A DNA stretch of 60,795 bases, filler included. It is 8 parts of 8 records of this genome, joined end to end, with 100 filler letters (N's around TTAATTAATTAA, not from the genome) between each part and the next. Parts side by side here need not be neighbours in the genome. Positions count along the whole stretch, not along the records: positions 8,834 to 15,673 come from SRR31147125_89420; positions 15,774 to 21,225 come from SRR31147125_89589; positions 21,326 to 26,424 come from SRR31147125_89735; 5 more parts are not named here. The stretch is one strand, 5' to 3'. Numbering within the stretch: the stretch's first letter is position 1; every line of letters starts with the position of its first letter. Position numbers and translations under genes: made by a program. This document shows positions 10,821-21,551 of the stretch, one piece after another. The notes beneath the pieces are model-generated. The model was not told the origin of the DNA. It did not search any database and saw only the letters and a list, made by a program, of their open reading frames with translations.

Positions 10821-11624
10821 CTACTCGCATGCACCTCGTATAGCCTTCAAGGCTTCCGGGGAGCTGGCCGGAAAATCATCAGTGAACGCTTCTATGCTGA
10901 TTCTGCTGTCATACCCTGCTTTTTTCAGGTTCACGATAAACGTCCGGTAATCCACCCCGTCATCTGAACGCGGGTATATCCGACCGACGGGATTGGCGAT
11001 GTGGATATGCTGCAGGTATTCACTCGCTTTTTCGATAATGTCCTGCCCTTCCTCCTCGACAACGAGGTGGTAATAATCGAGCAGCAGTCGGATCGAATCC
11101 CGCCCGACATCCCGCGCCAGCTGAAGCCCTTCGTGCCCGTTCACCACGATATTTGATTCGAGCCGGCACAGGGGCTCGATGGCGACGGCCATATCGCGGC
11201 CGGCGATCTTCTCGTCCACCAGCCGAAGCGTTTCGACAATCTGCTCCCATGCCCTGTCCATCGGGAACCCCGGCGGTACATTCTTGGCTCCGGAGCTGCC
11301 GAATACGATGCTTTTCGCACCCAGCCGAACAACCCGCTCAAGCGCTTCGTCCACGTAGGCCCCGAGTTGTACCAGATCAGCCTTTTCCCCGGTGATCGGA
11401 TGATCCGCCGGGAAGAAGTTGTTGCACGCCTCGCAGGGAATTCCGGTCGCGGCGACAGTTTTAATCAATGCCTCGAACTCCGCATCACCCAATGCCATCA
11501 TCTGGGCAAGCGGCAACTCCACGTAATCATATCCGGACGATCCAAGCGCTTCCAGGCGTTCAATGCCGATACCGTCCGGACCACCGGCCACCATATTGAC
11601 GCAACATCCGATCTTCATACTCAC
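10821..11624 (-). CDS. Sugar phosphate isomerase/epimerase (xylose-isomerase-like TIM barrel)
   Basis: IAIEPL-like, LLLDYYH, HIHIAN and ISIE metal-ligand motifs; overlaps the stop of the upstream dehydrogenase. Confidence 0.88.
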   Translation of the reverse strand: MSMKIGCCVNMVAGGPDGIGIERLEALGSSGYDYVELPLAQMMALGDAEFEALIKTVAATGIPCEACNNFFPADHPITGEKADLVQLGAYVDEALERVVRLGAKSIVFGSSGAKNVPPGFPMDRAWEQIVETLRLVDEKIAGRDMAVAIEPLCRLESNIVVNGHEGLQLARDVGRDSIRLLLDYYHLVVEEEGQDIIEKASEYLQHIHIANPVGRIYPRSDDGVDYRTFIVNLKKAGYDSRISIEAFTDDFPASSPEALKAIRGACE

Positions 11625-12645
11625 CCCTCGTCCGACAGGACCACTTTTACCAGTTCTTCGGGCCTCTTCAACTTCTCGAACCAGAGGGCGCCCTCACTCA
11701 TCGGCACCTCTTTCGAGATGATCGGGGAGACGTCTATGCTGCCGCTGTTGAGCATATCGACCGCAGTCTTGAATTCATTCAGCCCGTACGTAAAACTGCC
11801 GATGACCTTGAGTTCCCGTGTTACGATATCTAGCATGCCGATCTCAACAATCTTCTTGCCCTGCCCGAGCCACACCGAGGTGCCGCCGACTCTCAGATGT
11901 TCGAGCGACTGCACGCAGGTCGGCGTCAGGCCGACCGCCTCAAAGGAGACATCGACACCGCGCCCCCGGTCTGCGCGGAAATCACTTCGCTGAGATCCGC
12001 TTCGGCCGGGTTGACGGTACGATCCGCGCCCATCAGTTTCGCCACCTCAAGACGGCTGTTGCTCAGGTCTGAAACGATAATGGAAGCCGGCTTCTGCAGG
12101 CTGGCACAGGCGACGAGCATCAGCCCGATTGTTCCGGAGCCCACGACCAGTACATGTTTACCCTCAATGTCGCCCGCATGCTGCACGCCCCTGTACCCTA
12201 CAGCCAGCGGCTCAACGGTGCTGCCCGCACTGAAGGACACGTTTTCTTCCAGCTTGTAGCAGACCTTCGCGGGAACACAGAGATAGTCGGCGAACGCACC
12301 GTTCGTGGTCAGGACGCCGAACTGCCGCTTATCCGGACAGAACTGCACCTCCCCGGTCCGACAGGTCGGGCACGCACCGCAGTAATCCATCGGGAACCCG
12401 GTCACCCGGTCACCGACCTGGAGGGTATCGACATTCCGGCCAACCTCACTGATCACCCCCGAGAATTCATGTCCCATGATCATCGGTGGAATACGTCGCC
12501 CGGTAATCCCCTGGTATCCATGGACGTCAGATCCGCAGATGCCCGCCGCCTTCACCTTGATCTTGACCTCATGATCAGCAGGAGAAACGTCGTCGACCTC
12601 CTCCCATTTCAATACTTCCTCACCGCGATAAACGAGACCCTTCAT
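11621..12645 (-). CDS. Zn-dependent sugar/polyol dehydrogenase (frameshifted at about 11965)
   Basis: GICGSD, GHE, CGACPTC..C, GSGTIG. Adding one G to the G5 run (11963-11967) restores GGRGVDVSFEAVG and joins ORFs 11926-12645 and 11621-11914. Confidence 0.88.
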
Positions 12646-12911
12646 ACCTGCTCCTCCGTGCAATACATTTGTTTGAGCGTACCGTTGAACCACGCCTTTC
12701 CGAGACTCCTGAGGAACGGATGTACTTCTCTCCACTGCTGACAGAAGACCTCCAGAGTCGTCTGTATACCCCAAAAAGGCCGAGAAAACCAGCCGTGATT
12801 GACCGGTGACCACGTTTCCACACATACCGTAAGGCAGCAGGATCATAGGCATTGAATGGCCAGCCCAATCGAGAACCTGAAGAACCTCTGCGCCGCGCCT
12901 GGCTTCGTCTC

Positions 12912-13277
12912 TCAGATAAGATGCTCCTTGAAAAACGCAACCGTTCGCTGCCAGGCAAGGTTCGCCTGCTCCTCGTTATAGCGCGGCGTCGAGTTGAAGA
13001 GGAGAACACCTTTGATTCGTCTGTCTGTTATCCAGCAGGAAACAATCCCCAGGGCCAGTGGAATCAGACCCACCAGCACAAAGTTTGCTTAGAAAAGCAG
13101 TTGACCGAACCATTTCTTCGAAACCATTGCCGTCGCAACGGAGAGAGCGGTGAAGATCAGCATGATGAGTTGCGGCACCATCAGCTCGAAGCCATGTTTA
13201 TTGGCAAAGATAACCGTGCCGTAGGTCAGGCTCAGACAGACACAGATTACGACCAGATAGGTATTCAGCTTGTTCAT
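12912..13277 (-). pseudogene. Small membrane-protein ORF with in-frame TAA, running into a dienelactone-hydrolase C-terminal remnant
   Basis: The 62-aa hydrophobic ORF continues in frame after TAA (13089-13091) as ANFVLVGLIPLALG..., ending STPRYNEEQANLAWQRTVAFFKEHLI*. Confidence 0.55.
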
Positions 13278-13341
13278 GTACTCACTTATTTAATTGGTAA
13301 CAATCAAGAAGCTCTGAGAAGCATCGTCCGGCCGACACACG

Positions 13342-13872
13342 TCAGCTCAACGCTTCACCCAGCTTTTCGATGTATGTATTCATATCAAATGATTGAAACA
13401 CCCACGCGTAGGAGAGTCTCGATGGATGTTTAGGATGGCCGCTTTTCGTTATATCTCCATAACAATACCACGATCCGCCGATCTTCTCTATTTCTGCGTT
13501 CAGCGTCTGCAGGGCTTCGACGAGATAGTCCCTGATAACGATATTCACCCCCCATGCCGCCCAGAATCGCGGGGCCTCCACGTTCTCCGCATGGTTCAGT
13601 ATCTCCGCGATGTTTCGTGCCATGGAATTCTTCATTGCACGTGCGGGAAGATTTCCGGGTATGGTGGACCGCCGGGGATAAAGGTTGGCCATCACAAACC
13701 CGTCATAACCTGCATTGAGTGCAACCTTTTCCACCTTCGCCACCGTTGTATCGGATTTCTCCCTGTTGGCGGTACTGGGATTCAGACCGACGGTAAACAG
13801 TGTGCACTTCCCGCTTCTGCCCAGGATGTATCGCTCTGAATCCGACCTGTTTGATTCGTATAAACCGTACAT
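13342..13872 (-). CDS. DUF1643 domain protein
   Basis: GLNPSTA, D.TV, NLYP, AAWG and GHPKHP motifs. Confidence 0.88.
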   Translation of the reverse strand: MYGLYESNRSDSERYILGRSGKCTLFTVGLNPSTANREKSDTTVAKVEKVALNAGYDGFVMANLYPRRSTIPGNLPARAMKNSMARNIAEILNHAENVEAPRFWAAWGVNIVIRDYLVEALQTLNAEIEKIGGSWYCYGDITKSGHPKHPSRLSYAWVFQSFDMNTYIEKLGEALS

Positions 13873-14043
13873 ACGGCTACAATATATCTCTTTGGGAAGG
13901 GGATCATGGGGGAGCAGTCCGGTCACCAGAGCTCGAGATCACTCAAGGCAGCAACACAGGTTGTCGCGGCAGGAAGTTCCGCGGCCGGGCACGTCTCGAG
14001 AACACAAGCCTGCCCCCGAACGGATAGTGAAGTTCATACGGTG

Positions 14044-14139
14044 TTATAAAGTCCCGGGCAGATTCGGTCTTAAAGCCGAACCGTAGACCCGCCTGATATC
14101 GTAGTGATCCTGATCGGTCACTACACGGATATTAATCAT
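14044..14139 (-). pseudogene. N-terminal fragment of a GNAT acetyltransferase-like gene
   Basis: GGAG RBS then MINIRVVTDQDHYDIRRVYGSA, a typical GNAT start; stops after 31 aa. Confidence 0.45.
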
Positions 14140-14218
14140 TTCTCCCATAAGAGGGAGTTCAACTGATTGTGGCCAACCAGATCAGTACTGCTCTCCAAGC
14201 GCCTGTTTCCTGATTGTC

Positions 14219-14572
14219 CTATCTATCCGACCAGACCGCGAACTCATTGCCGCTCGGCTCCTGAAAATGAAATCGGCGACCACCGGGGAATGAAAAAATA
14301 GGCTTGACAATCAGTCCACCCGCACTTTCTATTTTTGCTTGCGTCTCTTCCAGATTATTACTGAAGAAGACAACCAGTGCAGCACCATTGTCCGTGGATG
14401 AACGGAGGTCGGATTTAAAAAATCCGCCGTCGATCCCCTGATTCGAGAATGCGGAATACTCTGGACCGAAATCCAGGAACTCCCACCCGAACGCATTGGT
14501 AAAAAAAATCTTCGTCTTCAAGAGCTCCTGAGCCGGGAACTCCACATAGTTTATTTTTTCATGCTCATTCAC
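14219..14572 (-). CDS. VOC/glyoxalase family protein
   Basis: KINYVEFP, FFTNAFGW and FPGGRRFHFQEPSGNEFAVWS motifs. Confidence 0.92.
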   Translation of the reverse strand: MNEHEKINYVEFPAQELLKTKIFFTNAFGWEFLDFGPEYSAFSNQGIDGGFFKSDLRSSTDNGAALVVFFSNNLEETQAKIESAGGLIVKPIFSFPGGRRFHFQEPSGNEFAVWSDR

Positions 14573-14639
14573 AACCGCCTCCGTATCCTCTTGCTCTTCA
14601 TGCGCATATTTTCTGAATATCGCATCATGTTGCGATGTG

Positions 14640-14912
14640 TCACCTGGTAACCCCCAACTGGCCCTGGTTGACCTTGTTTACGTATTTGCCGTTAACGACC
14701 TGCACGGTCGCGATTCTCTTTTCACAGGAAGGGCAGTAAATGTCGGTTCCTTTATCTGAGAAGTCATTGATGAATATGCCGGAATAGTCTTCTGTTATGC
14801 GATCCCGGTGAATTTTCAGCAGCCTTCTTCCCGGTCCTTTCTTATACTTCAGCAACTTCCGGCCACACCGGCAGTAAATGGTCAGAATCTTGTACCTGGT
14901 CAGTTTCTTCAC
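14640..14912 (-). CDS. Small basic zinc-ribbon-like hypothetical protein
   Basis: 90 aa, CRCG and CPSC pairs, Lys/Arg rich, GGAG RBS. Confidence 0.65.
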   Translation of the reverse strand: MKKLTRYKILTIYCRCGRKLLKYKKGPGRRLLKIHRDRITEDYSGIFINDFSDKGTDIYCPSCEKRIATVQVVNGKYVNKVNQGQLGVTR

Positions 14913-14967
14913 TCACGTCTCCATTTCCGGGCAAGACGTTGCTCCCTGCACTATGCGACAGCGCTTA

Positions 14968-15673
14968 TCAGACCCCGGAATCAGCTCGACCGGGCATCTT
15001 CACACAATTCTTGCCGGCCTCCTTCGCCGCGTATACACCCTTATCAGCTTCTTTGATCAGGGCTTCGTAATTCCCCATCCCGCCGTGTCGAGAAGCCACC
15101 CCGACACTGATGCTGCCATGCCATGGGGTGCCACCGGTCGGAACGCGCAGCTCCGAAACATTACTGCGGGCCAGCTCAGCGGCGTGCAGACCGCCCGGCA
15201 CATCCGTCTCCGGACAGATCACGAAGAACTCGTCACCCCCGAGACGGCAGACCACATCATCGTTGCGAAAAGCTCCCTGAAGGGTTTTCGCCAGCTCCTT
15301 CAACACCCTGTCTCCGGCATCGTGGCCGTAATGATCATTCACCTCCTTAAAATGATCCGCATCGATCATTATGCAGACGAGGGACGTGCCCTTTTGCAAT
15401 GATTCATCCCACAGAGACGTGAGACGCCGCATCGCATGGCGACGATTGGGAAGTCCGGTGAGAACGTCCGTCAGGGACAACTCTTCGAGGTGTCGGTTGA
15501 CCTCGGACAATTCCTCTGTCCGCTGGGCCACCTTTTCCTCGAGCGATTCGTTGAGCTGTTTCAGCTCCTTGTTCCGGATCGACACCTGCTCAAACAGTCC
15601 ATTGAGCGCCTCGAGCAGTGGGGCGGTCGCGCTCACCCGCTCCTGTTCCATCTTCTCGAACGCCTCCCGGGGG
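14968..15673 (-). CDS. Diguanylate cyclase (GGDEF), 5' truncated
   Basis: Coiled coil, then DVLTGLPNRR, DADHFKEVNDHYGH and GGDEF with an RxxD I-site (RNDD). Confidence 0.93.
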
Positions 15674-15773
15674 NNNNNNNNNNNNNNNNNNNNNNNNNNN
15701 NNNNNNNNNNNNNNNNNTTAATTAATTAANNNNNNNNNNNNNNNNNNNNNNNNNNNNNNNNNNNNNNNNNNNN
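15674..15773. other. Artificial contig spacer
   Basis: N44-TTAATTAATTAA-N44. Confidence 0.99.
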
Positions 15774-16668
15774 TTTGCCTGGCAGACAACTACGCTATGG
15801 AAGCAAAGCACAAAATACATATAAATACCTGCCTGTATTTCAACTAACTAAATAGCTGAGTAATCCCATTTTTTACCAACTTTGTTAAAATGGGCAAAAT
15901 AGACAAGGGTAGCCAACGAAAACCATATGCTAAACTAACCTCTTTTTTCTTTAGGTTTTACACTTACTATTCTATATAATAGTTATTAATTGTTGAATGT
16001 TACTCATGTTAGGTGCTCAAAAATATACTTCCAATATCAAAAACAGGTTAATTTTTCGTAAAAATTATGCTTTCTAATCAGTTATAATACATTAAGCAAA
16101 TGAAGACAATATCGATAAATAGATATTTACACCTGGAAAGGAAGCTAAGTATGCTTCTGACGGCAAAGGTTCTTCAATTTCGCTGCATATTAAATTTATA
16201 TGCTCAAGAATAGTAAAAAATAGATAGAGAATTGTTATCTTGACATTGCCAGCTCAAATATAACATAAAAAGTAGTAGTTTCGTATAAGTCTGTTAAGTT
16301 ACATATTTTCCCTATCGTTTTAAATATTGAACATAATATGCTTAGATTTGTCGCAAAGTGATGCTAATAAGTTAAGTAAAAACCAGCTTTATTGTTTTTT
16401 GCATATTACCAGAAAAATTATAGTACGCTTTATGCTTCGCATCTTATACAAGGGCTCGCTTTTGACTGTTTATCAGTATCCGCAAAGTGCGATACAGGGT
16501 CATATGAATTCAAATTGAATTATTTTTATAACTTTCGAAACTAATTCTCGAAAGTATATTTAATTCAAAGTGTAACAGGAAGGTCTTTTAGGCGAGTGTT
16601 TCAACTTAAAAAGTGCGAAAGTTAACTTATATATAGAAGCAAAAAAATCTCAAAAGGAGTCAGGTCAA

Positions 16669-19600
16669 ATGTCTAATAAATATCGAGCAATCACATTGTA
16701 TCTAGTATTATTATTGTCATCTGCTGGATTAGCCCAAACAGACATATCACCGGCAGATATAAATGATGACTGTACGGTTGACATAGAAGATCTTGTCGTT
16801 TTAGCATCACAATGGCTGGACAACCCTGGCGGTACAGCAAATCTAGATGGGATACCAGGCGTTAAGTTAGGAGATTATGCTATATTGTCTGGTCATTGGC
16901 AAACGGACTGCCCACCAGTTACCCTGGTAATCAACGAATTCATGGCAGACAATAAGAACCTATACGTTGATCCGGCTGGAGATGATGATGACTGGATAGA
17001 AATATATAACTATGGTTCTGTGCCGTTAGATCTTGGGGGGATGTTCATAACAGACTCAATAACAGACCCAACCCAATACCAAATACCAAAGGGTATGGCT
17101 GGGGAAACAACTATACCCGCCGGAGGACACCTGATAATCTGGGCAGATGATGAACCATCAGAAGGTCCGCTTCATGCGACTTTCAAAATCTCAGCAAGTG
17201 GTGGAGAAGACCTGGCATTATATGATAGATTTGGTGAACTGGTTGATAGTTTAACCGGATTCGGAGCTCAATCCGAAAATGTGTCCTACGGACGAATGCC
17301 GGACGCCGGAGTGCAATGGCAAAGTTTTCATCCGGACTCTTCAACGCCACCAACGCCCAACCAGACTAATGGCGGAAGCATACCAGAAGATGATATCCTG
17401 ATAACAGAAATAATGTATCACCCATTTAACAGCAGCCATCCGCTGTCTGAAGATACTGGCGAAGAATATATAGAGATATACAACTACGGTTACAGTTCAG
17501 TAAACCTTGATGGATGGCAAATTATTGACGGAGTAGCATACACCTTTGACAATATCAGTATTGCACCTCAAGCATACCTTGTAATAGCATCAGATATAGC
17601 AAAGTTTGCTGAAAAGTATCCAAATGTTTCCAATGTTGTGGGAGGTTGGTATGGACGTTTAAGTAACCGCGGTGAGTCAATTGAACTTACGACATCTACC
17701 GGTAAAATAATTGACCGCATAACTTATGCCGACCAGGGAGAATGGGCTGAACGGATTCTAGGTCCGTTAGATTATACCCATCGCGGCTGGCAATGGAGCA
17801 AATCGCATGATGGTGATGGTAAATCCCTGGAGCTTACTAATTTAGACCTCGACAACGATTATGGAGAAAACTGGGCTGCCAGTTCAACCGATAGCGGTAC
17901 ACCCGGAACAATAAATTCTACATTAATAAATACCTTTCTTCCTATAGTAACAGACGTAAAACATGAGCCTGTTATTCCTCTTTCTAGCGACCAAGTTGAA
18001 GTTTCAATTCAAATATACAACAACAATGCTTCGCAGGCAACCGCTCAACTGGCATGGCGTATCGACCAGTCTGTCTACATCGACGGAGTCTACCCTACAT
18101 ATGATGAATCAAGCTATACACTTGTTGACATGACCGACAACGGAAACGGGCTATTCACTGCTTCAATTCCCCCACAAGCGAATAACAATGTCGTTGAATT
18201 TTTCGTTACGGCTACAAACAGTAACGGCAGTCGGACATACCCTGCTGCTTGTGATGTTGACGGGGCAAAACAACAAGTAGCAAACCTGCTCTATCAGGTT
18301 GACGACACTTTCAACCCAACAAGCAAATGGACACCAGGTGACCAGCCAATATACCGCATTATTATGACACAAGGTGAAAAAGACCACCTGAGCGATATAG
18401 GCAGCGATGTATACACCGACCAAGAATACAGATCAAATGCCGAAATGAACGCCACATTCATTTCAGTTGACGGCACCGGCATGAACCTAAGGTATAATAT
18501 AGGCGTCAGAAACAGAGGTAATGGCAGCAGGCGAAACCCACCAATGAATTTCCATATTAATTTTGTACATGACAAGCCATGGAAAGATATGATCGCATTA
18601 AACCTGAATAGCAAATATACCCACCTTCAAGTATTGGGTTCGGCATTATTCAGGCTCGCAGGAGTGCCTTCATCAGAAGCTAAAGCGGTCCAGTTAAGAA
18701 TTAATGGAGATAATCTGGCCGACACCGATATTCCGAGAACCTATGGTTCTTATGCTGCACTGGAATCATTCAATAGCGATTATCTTAATAAACATATTCC
18801 AGACGATAGCGAAGGAAACTTTTATCGATGCTCCTACTATGACCTGGTAAGTCCTCGTACTTATGCAGATTTATCCTACCATGGTGAAGACCCCGCTGAG
18901 TACATGGATAACTACACAAAAAAGACCAATGAAGAAGAAAATGACTGGACAGATCTTTTTGGCCTGACATATGCCTTAAACAATCATGAGTTATCTGACG
19001 ATGATTTCATTACTGAAGTTGCAAAGGTTGTTAATATTGAGCAATGGGCCAGATACACGGCAACAGATACATTAATCGGCAACAGAGAGGGTGGTCTTTA
19101 TTCTGGCACTGGTGATGACTATGCATTATATCGCGGCGTAAATGACCCTCGTTTCATATTAGTCTCACACGACCTGGACACCTTGCTCGGTCAGGGAAGC
19201 AGTTCATATTCTTCAAGTGTCAGTAGCTCAATATTTGGATTTGGCGGTGTATCAGGCCTGGAGCGTCTGTTTAACCATCCTGATTTTATGTTTTTATATT
19301 ATCAGCAGCTCCACGAACTATCTACTACAATATTAGCCCCGGAAAATATTCATCCTATAATTGATCAAATACTGACGGGATGGGCACCTGACAGCATGAT
19401 AAACGGCAGCGAAGGCATAAAAGATTTCTTAAACGAAAGAGCTGACAATGTACTATACGGAAGCAACCCGCAAGTTCCAAACCAATCGCTGACTGCTACC
19501 GGCAGCGACTATAGCTCTACCGGCTCTTATAGTCTTACCGGTACTTTTGACAACGCCACAACACGTTCGATCACATTAGACGGAACACCGGTTATCAACT

Positions 19601-21225
19601 CAAACTGGGACCAAAAGAACGGCATATGGTCTCATATCAGCGGTGACACTTATACTGAGTTAATTATCCCGCGTCATTCATACTGGAAATATCTTGATGA
19701 TGGTTCAGACCAGAAAGTAATCTCAGATGGGATCAGCTGGTATGGCCATCCTCTGTTTGATGATTCCGGCTTTAAGCCAGAATCACAGGCCAAGTTTGGT
19801 TATGGCGACAATAACGAAAACACTACTGTCAGCTATGGGTCAAGCTCATCCAATAAATATGCTACCACATATTTTCGTAAAACTTTTGAAGTAGATGATG
19901 CCTCAAAATTCTCACAATTAAAAGTGCTGCTAAACCGTGACGATGGTGCAGCGGTATTCTTAAATGGAACTCGCATCTTATTACACAAACTTCCCGAAGA
20001 TTTCACATATTCTACATATGCGCAAAGTCCGGCAGTTGGCGGAGACGACGAAACCACCTTCTTTGAAGAAGACGTTGACCCATCTTTACTGTTAACCGGA
20101 ACGAATGTAATTGCCGCTGAAGTTCATCAGGTAAGCCCAACCAGTTCAGATATCGGTTTTGATCTTGAACTGGTAGGGTATGTCGCAGTCTCAGACGGCT
20201 CTCAAGACTTACTGCCAGGTATGAATCGAATTAATGTTAATGCGTATGACGGGCCAAATGGTACTGGAAATATAATTGAAAGCAAAATAACCGACATTTT
20301 CTATGATACCGGATACACAACTAATGTATCAGGAACTCTAATAGGTGAGCTGGAAGATATCGGCACTGTCCATGCAATTGTCAGAGACAGCTATATACCT
20401 TCTGTTCCTGTGTTAGTTCGCGTCGAACTGCGTGACCTTGACAATTATATCAGAAGAGACATATGGGACATGCAGGCAACATTGTCAGTAGATAACCCGA
20501 ATATCTCTCTCAATGTAACCCACATTGACTTATATAATGGGATGGGTTCGGCCTTAGTTACCTTTAGCGGTTCGGGTGATTTTAACCTTACAGTAGATGT
20601 CCTAGGTAATCAGTTTGTTAAGACCCTGACAGACCTCCAAAACGAACCGGTAAATATTGTAACAGCACCAATGACTTCCAATGAAAACTGGAATGGTATC
20701 TACCATATAACAGGCAGCGACTTCTCTATCCCAGATAGTCTAACATTAACTATCGAGCCAGGCTCCCTGATACTGATAGATGGAGTATCATCAGGTACAA
20801 GCGGCCTTGACATTGACGTATACGGCTCAATAATCTCGCTGGGGACAGATACATCACCTGTAACATTTACGGCATACTCGAGCGGCAACAACTGGGGCGA
20901 GCTCGATTTCCAGGACGCCGAACCTTCAGATTTTCTATACACTAACCTTACCCAGGCCGGACATAGCCCGGGGGTAGGACATTCCGGTTCAGGTCCTGTA
21001 ATTAGAATTTCAGGATCGAATGTTTCTTTTGAATATTCTAATATCACTGACAACGCCGGTAAAATTGGTAATATTACCAACGGTTCTGAATTACTATTCT
21101 ACGATTGTCTCTGGGCGAGATCATGGATGGGATGTGAAATTTCCAGCACTTCACTCGATTTAGATAGAACCTGGATTGTTGACATGCATGGCAATGATGA
21201 TGCCGACGGCATTTATATTCATTCC
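16669..21225 (+). CDS. Large secreted protein: dockerin-like repeat, two lamin-tail domains, CotH kinase, probable beta-helix (3' truncated)
   Basis: Signal peptide; ADINDDCTVDIEDLVVLASQWL; VINEFMADN/DWIEIYN and ITEIMYHP/EYIEIYN; GVRNRGNGSR and HDLD CotH-type motifs; AAGGAG RBS. Confidence 0.88.
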
Positions 21226-21325
21226 NNNNNNNNNNNNNNNNNNNNNNNNNNNNNNNNNNNNNNNNNNNNTTAATTAATTAANNNNNNNNNNNNNNNNNNN
21301 NNNNNNNNNNNNNNNNNNNNNNNNN
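21226..21325. other. Artificial contig spacer
   Basis: N44-TTAATTAATTAA-N44. Confidence 0.99.
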
Positions 21326-21551
21326 TCCGTCTCCCAAAGTCCCTGAAGGGGAACAGTCCAGTAAGAGAATTCCCAAAGATCTCATGCAGTAATTTTCAAA
21401 TTATTGAAATCCTCACATTTCCTTCATTTTCAATTAACACTTTAGTTCTACATATCAAGTAACAGATAATCGAATCTGCAAGAACAAAGTTTTATTTCAC
21501 TCCTTAAGAAAGTGAAAAAAACATTAACAATCAAATGGAGGATTATTAAGA

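Noticed and set aside
13873..14218. attC sites (TTATAAC and GTT-like cores)
   Set aside because: I found no paired R''/R' boxes with the required imperfect palindrome, and no integrase.
21434..21464. Pho-box-like TTAACA/TCTACA/GTAACA repeats upstream of the lipoprotein
   Set aside because: Spacing is 13 and 12 nt rather than 11, and the matches are weak in AT-rich DNA.
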